Both the position numbers and the translations under genes were made by a program. From a virus (Duplodnaviria > Heunggongvirae > Uroviricota > Caudoviricetes), in the IMG/VR virus record IMGVR_UViG_2695420471_000001: a stretch of 26,356 nt of DNA, one strand, 5' to 3'. Shown here piece by piece: positions 17,655 through 26,356 of the stretch (position 1 is its first letter; the number at the start of each line of letters is the position of its first letter). The notes beneath the pieces were generated by a model. That model was not told where the DNA came from, did not search any database, and saw only the letters and a program-made list of their open reading frames with translations.

Positions 17655-18053
17655 TTATTGCATTCTGGCCAGGCCGCGCTCTGTCATTTCGGCTGCCACA
17701 CCGGCAGAGACACGAAACGCCGTTCCCGGCAGCACAAATGCCACAGGTTTATCCCGCGTGGCGTGAAGTGCATCAGTATGCAGCGTCACCAGTGCCACGA
17801 CCGTGACCAGTTCAGCCGTATCCTGAATCACGGTATCCGGCTGCGCTGATACCACCTCATTTTCATGCCCGGTCAGCACATTTTCCCGGCTGAGAGGGGT
17901 GTCCTGACCGGCAGTTTCATCCGTGTCATCAAGCTCTTCTTCCAGCTCTGCCACACGAAGCGCCAGTTCTTCTTTCGTTCCCGTCAAACTGACATCGCGG
18001 TTCAATTGCTCACCCAGCTCCTGAAGACGGGCAATCAGTTCATCTTTCGTCAT
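17655..18053 (-). CDS. FI: DNA packaging/head completion protein FI
   Basis: ATG at 18051-18053 gives MTKDELIARLQELGEQLNRDVSLTGTKEELALRVAELEEELDDTDETAG... (132 aa), matching lambda FI. The track ORF begins 13 codons upstream. Confidence 0.9.
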   Translation of the reverse strand: MTKDELIARLQELGEQLNRDVSLTGTKEELALRVAELEEELDDTDETAGQDTPLSRENVLTGHENEVVSAQPDTVIQDTAELVTVVALVTLHTDALHATRDKPVAFVLPGTAFRVSAGVAAEMTERGLARMQ

Positions 18054-18094
18054 GAACTCCTCCACAGAGAGAAAATGGCCCCGAAGGGCCATGA

Positions 18095-19120
18095 TTACGC
18101 CAGTTGAACGGACACGAACTCATCAGGATCAGCCAGCAGCATCAGCGGTGCTGACTGAATCATGGTGAACTCACGCGCCGGATCGCCGGTGGTCACCCAG
18201 TTTTTCGGGTAACGGGCAGAAGCGTTAATGCCTTCGCGCTGTGCGTCCGCATCCTGAATGCAGCCATAGGTGCGCAGACCGCGAGCCTGAGTGTTCCCCA
18301 GCACCATCGTGTTGTCCGGCAGGAAGTTCTTTTTGACGCCGTTTTCCACGTACTGTCCGGAATACACGACGATGGCCACATCGCCATACATTCCCTTATA
18401 GGACACCGCTTTGCCCAGGTCTTTTACCGCTGTCTCCAGCTCGGAATGAGAGCCGCGACGGGTATCCAGCTTCTCCTTGACGGCTTTGAAGGAACGGAAC
18501 AGCGCCCAGCCTTTCGGGTCAAACACGATGATATTCACCACACCGCTGGCGTTCAGCGCGTAGGCTTCGATATCGTCGGTCGGGTCATACGTGGACTTGT
18601 CACGCTTGCTCCACTCCGTGACGCCGGACTGTGTGATGTTGTTCGCCGCACTGCGGCCCATATCCACCTCAACCGGATCGAAGGCTTCACCGGTCATGGT
18701 GTATTTGCCCTTGAGCACGGCAGAAACTGCCTGCATCTCTTCGACCTGAGCAATGGCCAGCTCTTCGTCACGCATGTTCTGCATGATGATGCGACGGCGG
18801 CGGTAAGCCGGGTCCGCCAGATTCTGCGGATCTTCATCCGGCAGGCGACGCAGGGTCATCTGCGGATTCACCTCATGCTTGGGTTTGACATATCCCGGCG
18901 TAAATTCAGAGGTGGAGCCGCCACGGGAACGGATAACCTCACCGGAAACAATCGGCGAAACGTACAGCGCCATGTTTACCAGTCCCGGAATTTGTGAGAG
19001 ATAGACTTTCTCCGTAGTGAAGGGATAGCTCTCACGGAAAAAGAGACGCAGAAACAGCGGATCAAACTTAAATTTCTGCTCATTTGCCGCCAGCAGCTGG
19101 GCGGTTGTGTACATCGACAT
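18095..19120 (-). CDS. E: Major capsid protein E
   Basis: ATG at 19118-19120 gives MSMYTTAQLLAANEQKFKFDPLFLRLFFRESYPFTTEKVYLSQIPGLVNMALY... (341 aa), near-identical to lambda E; the track ORF begins at an upstream GTG. Confidence 0.95.
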   Translation of the reverse strand: MSMYTTAQLLAANEQKFKFDPLFLRLFFRESYPFTTEKVYLSQIPGLVNMALYVSPIVSGEVIRSRGGSTSEFTPGYVKPKHEVNPQMTLRRLPDEDPQNLADPAYRRRRIIMQNMRDEELAIAQVEEMQAVSAVLKGKYTMTGEAFDPVEVDMGRSAANNITQSGVTEWSKRDKSTYDPTDDIEAYALNASGVVNIIVFDPKGWALFRSFKAVKEKLDTRRGSHSELETAVKDLGKAVSYKGMYGDVAIVVYSGQYVENGVKKNFLPDNTMVLGNTQARGLRTYGCIQDADAQREGINASARYPKNWVTTGDPAREFTMIQSAPLMLLADPDEFVSVQLA

Positions 19121-19130
19121 AAAAAAATCC

Positions 19131-19157
19131 CGTAAAAAAAGCCACACAGGCGGCCTT
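19131..19157 (-). terminator. Terminator-like hairpin with U-tract in the D-E spacer (possible attenuator)
   Basis: Minus strand reads aaaggccgcctgtgtggcttttttt: a 5-bp stem (with one G-U pair) and 4-nt loop followed by seven U, located between the D stop (19176) and the E start (19120). Confidence 0.4.
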
Positions 19158-19175
19158 TAGTGATGAAGGGTAAAG

Positions 19176-19508
19176 TTAAACGATGCTGATTGCCGTTCCG
19201 GCAAACACGGTCCGTTTTTTCGTCTCGTCGCTGGCAGCCTCCGGCCAGAGCACATCCTCATAACGGAACGTGCCGGACTTGTAGAACGTCAGTGTGGTGC
19301 TGGTCTGGTCAGCAGCAACCGCAAGAATGCCAACGGCAGCACCGTCGGTGGTGCCATCCCACGCAACCAGCTTACGGGTGGAGGTGTCCAGCATCAGCGG
19401 GGTCATTGCAGGCGCTTTCGCACTCAATCCGCCGGGCGCGGTTGCGGTATGAGCCGGGTCACTATTGCCCAGCGGCTGGTAATGGGTAAAGGTTTCTTTG
19501 CTCGTCAT
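19176..19508 (-). CDS. D: Head decoration protein D
   Basis: [110 protein letters not shown], 110 aa; starts 9 nt after the C stop as in lambda. Confidence 0.95.
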   Translation of the reverse strand: MTSKETFTHYQPLGNSDPAHTATAPGGLSAKAPAMTPLMLDTSTRKLVAWDGTTDGAAVGILAVAADQTSTTLTFYKSGTFRYEDVLWPEAASDETKKRTVFAGTAISIV

Positions 19509-19517
19509 AAACATCCC

Positions 19518-20123
19518 TTACACTGGTGTGTTCAGCAAATCGTTAACGGCATCAGATGCCGGGTTACCTGCAGCCAGCGGTGCCGGTGCCCCCTGCATCA
19601 GACGATCCAGCGCAGTGTCACTGCGCGTCTGTGCACTCTGTGGTGCTGCGGCCAGAATACGGCGGGCCGTTTCCACGGTCATACCGGGGGTTTCGGCCAG
19701 CACGCGTGCCTGTTCTTCGCGTCCGTGAGCCTCCTCACAGTTGAGGATCCCCATAATGCGACTGTTTTCTGCCGCAACCGCTGCGGTGATCTGCGCGTTC
19801 ACGTCCGGCTGCGCCGCGCTGGCGTTCTCGCCCTCCGTCGCTTGCACCACGCCAGTAACGTCAGCCTGCGAAGCAGTGGCTGAAACAGTTGTTGATTGAG
19901 TCTCTTTGGTCATTCGCCCTCCTGAGAGACGGGATTTACGTGCATCCAGTGCATCACGCATGACGGTGATCGCATCGGTACTGTTAACAAGTTCATCAGC
20001 CAGTCCGGCATCAATGGCCTCCTGACCGCTGTACACTGCAGCCTCGGTATCCAGCACAGCCTGCACGGACAGGCCGGTATATGCCGACACCTTCTGTGCA
20101 AACATCCGGCGGGTTGCATCCAT
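19518..20123 (-). CDS. nu3: Capsid scaffolding protein Nu3 (in-frame internal start within C)
   Basis: Internal ATG at 20121-20123 (MDATRRMFAQKVSAYTGLSV...) in the C frame gives a 201-codon product sharing the C stop, the arrangement known for lambda C/Nu3. Confidence 0.75.
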   Translation of the reverse strand: MDATRRMFAQKVSAYTGLSVQAVLDTEAAVYSGQEAIDAGLADELVNSTDAITVMRDALDARKSRLSGGRMTKETQSTTVSATASQADVTGVVQATEGENASAAQPDVNAQITAAVAAENSRIMGILNCEEAHGREEQARVLAETPGMTVETARRILAAAPQSAQTRSDTALDRLMQGAPAPLAAGNPASDAVNDLLNTPV

Positions 20124-20817
20124 CCGGGACTGCAATGTTTCCCGGACATCATCCGGTAGATGGCTGTAGGGGTTGCCATCCACCTTATGGCTGCCGCTGT
20201 AAATCAGCGTGATTTCCACGCCCTGTTTCTCCAGTGCAGCGCCGTAATTACTGTGAGCCATCATGACGCCGATGGAGCCTGTCCGGGCGGTCTGCGTGAC
20301 CAGACGCCGGGAGGCGGCACTGGCAAGCAGCTGACCTGCGCTGCAGTTCATGTCATTGGCCAGCGCCCATACCGGCTTTATGTCACGCACACGGGCGATG
20401 ATGTCAGCGCAGTCAAATGCTCCCGCCACCATTCCGCCCGGTGTGTCCATATCGAGCAGAATGCCGTCCACCATCGGGTCGCTGGCAGCCTGTTGCAGAC
20501 GGGCGATAATGCCGTTGTAACCGGTCATCCCCGAGTACGGCTGCAGCGCCCGCGTCCGGCTGACCAGCGTGCCGGACACCGGCAGCACGGCGATGCCGTT
20601 CATTACCTGATAACTGCGGGCCTGTCGTGGTCCGTCATCATCACCGGATAACGCCAGCGCCGCGGGTGCCTCTCCGGCAGTCAGGCTGTCGCCGGATACT
20701 GCATCCGTCAGGCAGCTGATCCCAAGCTGGCCTGCAAGCGCACAAAAGAAAACCCGCGCATAGGCGGGTTCAAGCATCAGCGGCTCATTAAAAGCCATGC
20801 TGGCAATATGCGGGAGA

Positions 20818-20837
<20 letters not shown>
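19518..20837 (-). CDS. C: Capsid assembly protease C (S49/ClpP-like)
   Basis: Start placed at GTG (plus-strand cac 20835-20837) giving (M)TAELRNLPHIASMAFNEPLMLEPAYARVFF..., 439 codons, overlapping the end of B by 20 nt exactly as lambda C does. The track ORF extends 45 codons further upstream inside B. Confidence 0.85.
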
Positions 20838-24518
<3,681 letters not shown>

Positions 24519-24544
<26 letters not shown>

Positions 24545-25064
24545 TCAGCAACCCCGGTATCAGTTCATCCAGCGCGGCTGCTTTGTTCATGGCTTTGATG
24601 ATATCCCGTTTCAGGAAATCAACATGTCGGTTTTCCAGTTCCGGAAAACGCCGCTGCACCGACAGGGGGATCCCGTCGAGAATACTGGCAATTTCACCTG
24701 CGATCCGCGACAGCACGAAAGTACAGAATGCGGTTTCCACCACTTCAGCGGAGTCTCTGGCATTTTTCAGCTCCTGTGCGTCGGCCTGCGCACGCGTAAG
24801 TCGATGGCGTTCGTACTCAATAGTCCCTGGCTGGAGATCTGTCTCGCTGGCCTGCCGCAGTTCTTCAACTTCCCGGCGCAGCTTTTCGTTCTCAATTTCA
24901 GCATCCCTTTCGGCATACCATCTTATAACGGCGGCAGAGTCATAAAGCACCTCATTACCCTTGCCACCGCCTCGCAGAACGGGCATTCCCTGTTCCTGCC
25001 AGTTCTGAATGGTACGGATACTCGCACCGAAAATGTCAGCCAGCTGCTTTTTGTTGACTTCCAT
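24519..25064 (-). CDS. nu1: Terminase small subunit Nu1
   Basis: 181 aa, MEVNKKQLADIFGASIRTIQNWQEQGMPVLRGGGKGNEVLYDSAAVIRWYAERDAEIENEKL..., near-identical to lambda Nu1 (N-terminal winged HTH). Confidence 0.95.
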
Positions 25065-25300
25065 TGTTCATTCCACGGACAAAAACAGAGAAAGGAAACG
25101 ACAGAGGCCAAAAAGCCCGTTTTCAGCACCTGTCGTTTCCTTTCTTTTCAGGGGGTGTTTTAAATAAAAACATTAGGTTACGGCGAAGAAGAACGGAAAC
25201 GCCTTAAACCGGAAAATTGTCATAAATAGCGAAAACCCGCGCGCCTTCCGCCCCGTAACCTGTCGGATCGCCGGAAAGGACCCGCAAAATGATAATAATT
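25065..25300 (-). other. cos: cos region: cosB (between nu1 and cosN), cosN 12-mer at about 25242-25253, and cosQ-side sequence up to about 25300
   Basis: The minus strand reads ...gatccgacaggttacg GGGCGGAAGGCG cgcgggttttcgctatttatgacaattttccggtttaaggcg..., which aligns with the joined lambda ends (right end ...GATCCGACAGGTTACG, left end GGGCGGCGACCT CGCGGGTTTTCGCTATTTATGAAAATTTTCCGGTTTAAGGCG). The flanks are near-identical to lambda; the 12-mer differs. Confidence 0.8.
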
Positions 25301-25452
25301 ATCATCTACATGTCACAACGTGCATCTACGCCATCAAACCACGTCAAATAATCAATTATGACGCAGGTATCGTATTAATTGATCTGCATCAACTTAACGT
25401 AAAAACAACTTCAGACAATACAAATCAGCGACACTGAATACAGGGCAACCTC

Positions 25453-25686
25453 ATGTCAACGAAGAACAGAACCCGCAGAACAACAACCCGCAACATCCGC
25501 TTTCCTAACCAAATGATTGAACAAATTAACATCGCTCTTGTTCAAAAAGGGTCCGGGAATTTCTCAGCCTGGGTCATTGAAGCCTGCCGCCGGAGACTGT
25601 GCTCAGAAAAAAGAGTTTCGCCTGAAGCAAACAAAGAAAAGAGTGACATTACTGAATTGCTCAGAAAACAGGTTAGACCAGATTGA
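25453..25686 (+). CDS. Small basic hypothetical protein of the lambdoid right-end region (family not confidently identified)
   Basis: 77-aa ORF, MSTKNRTRRTTTRNIRFPNQMIEQINIALVQKGSGNFSAWVIEACRRRL...; Arg/Thr-rich N-terminus. Lies about 200 nt from cosN on the strand opposite to the late operon. Confidence 0.55.
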   Translation: MSTKNRTRRTTTRNIRFPNQMIEQINIALVQKGSGNFSAWVIEACRRRLCSEKRVSPEANKEKSDITELLRKQVRPD

Positions 25687-25743
25687 AGCAATTTAGATAA
25701 TCGTGCAGACTACGCCCCCTCATATCACATGGAAGGTACTACA

Positions 25744-26154
25744 ATGGCTCAGGTTGCCATTTTTAAACAAATATTCGATAAAGTGCGAAATAATTTAAAC
25801 TATCACTGGTTTTATTCTGAACTAAAACGTCACAATGTCTCACATTACATTTACTATTTAGCCACAGAGAATATTCATCTTGTTCTTGAAAACGATAATA
25901 CGGTTTTAATAAAAGGACAGGGTAAGGTTGTAAATGTAAGATTTTCAAAAAATAAATGCCTTATAGAAGCCACCTTAAAAGGATTCAAATCAGGAGAGTT
26001 ATCATTTTACGAATACAGGAAAAATCTTGCTACAGCAGGGGTTTTCAGATGGATTACAAATATCCACGAAAACAAAAGGTATTACTATACCTTTGATAAT
26101 TCATTACTCTTTACTGAGAACATACAGAACACTACACAAATATTTCCGCACTAA
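25744..26154 (+). CDS. Hypothetical lambdoid right-end protein (possibly YbcV-like)
   Basis: ATG at 25744 preceded by GGAAGG at 7-nt spacing; [58 protein letters not shown]... (136 aa). The AT-rich coding sequence contrasts with the structural genes. The family assignment is from memory and tentative. Confidence 0.55.
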   Translation: MAQVAIFKQIFDKVRNNLNYHWFYSELKRHNVSHYIYYLATENIHLVLENDNTVLIKGQGKVVNVRFSKNKCLIEATLKGFKSGELSFYEYRKNLATAGVFRWITNIHENKRYYYTFDNSLLFTENIQNTTQIFPH

Positions 26155-26356
26155 ATCATAACGTCCGGTTTCTTCCGTGCCAGAACCGGACTCGCTGGCA
26201 TGATGAAATATGTGTACCCGGTAACCCCGGTGTGCATCGTTTTTGATTATTCCCGCACACTCGCGCAGAAGGAGTTCCCCGTCGGGCTACGGTCTCTGTT
26301 AATACGGGAATACGGCGACGATTGGATTTGCCCCTATATTTCCAGACATCTGTTAT

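Noticed and set aside
25370-25452. Possible sigma70 promoter (TTGATC ... ) upstream of the 77-aa ORF
   Set aside because: No convincing -10 hexamer lies at 16-18 bp spacing; AT-rich sequence yields many weak matches.
26163-26191. Perfect 8-bp stem with 13-nt loop as a candidate terminator
   Set aside because: No U-tract follows on either strand, so a rho-independent terminator call is not supported; it may be a protein-binding site or an RNA structure.

Overview
This window is the late (virion morphogenesis) region of a lambda-like prophage from an enterobacterial genome, probably E. coli or Shigella, with all phage genes on the minus strand. Reading from high to low coordinates it runs: two small right-end ORFs, the cos site, then nu1-A-W-B-C/nu3-D-E-FI-FII-Z-U-V-G/G-T-H-M-L-K-I-J with gene lengths and overlaps that match phage lambda almost exactly, including the G-T -1 frameshift site and the nested C/nu3 pair. 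Below the first J copy (about 8.3 kb downward) the region is scrambled. There is an IS3-family transposase fragment abutting a truncated, divergent tape-measure 3' end. A second M-L-K-I set follows, with M about 50% identical to the first copy and L/K/I much closer. Two further partial J copies follow, one overlapping the other by about 0.94 kb across an N-gap, then lom and a short stf-like ORF. Three N-runs (11, 3 and 21 N) sit exactly at these junctions, and the 21-N run replaces a single base, so the order here is most likely an assembly or scaffolding product of several near-identical lambdoid tail regions rather than a proven tandem duplication. I found no CRISPR array, tRNA, integrase, toxin or defence cassette. 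The most notable observations are the mosaic duplicated tail-tip module, a J C-terminus that diverges from lambda, and a cosN 12-mer that differs from the canonical lambda sequence at 5 of 12 positions. All homology statements rest on recognition of the lambda proteins from memory; no searches were run.
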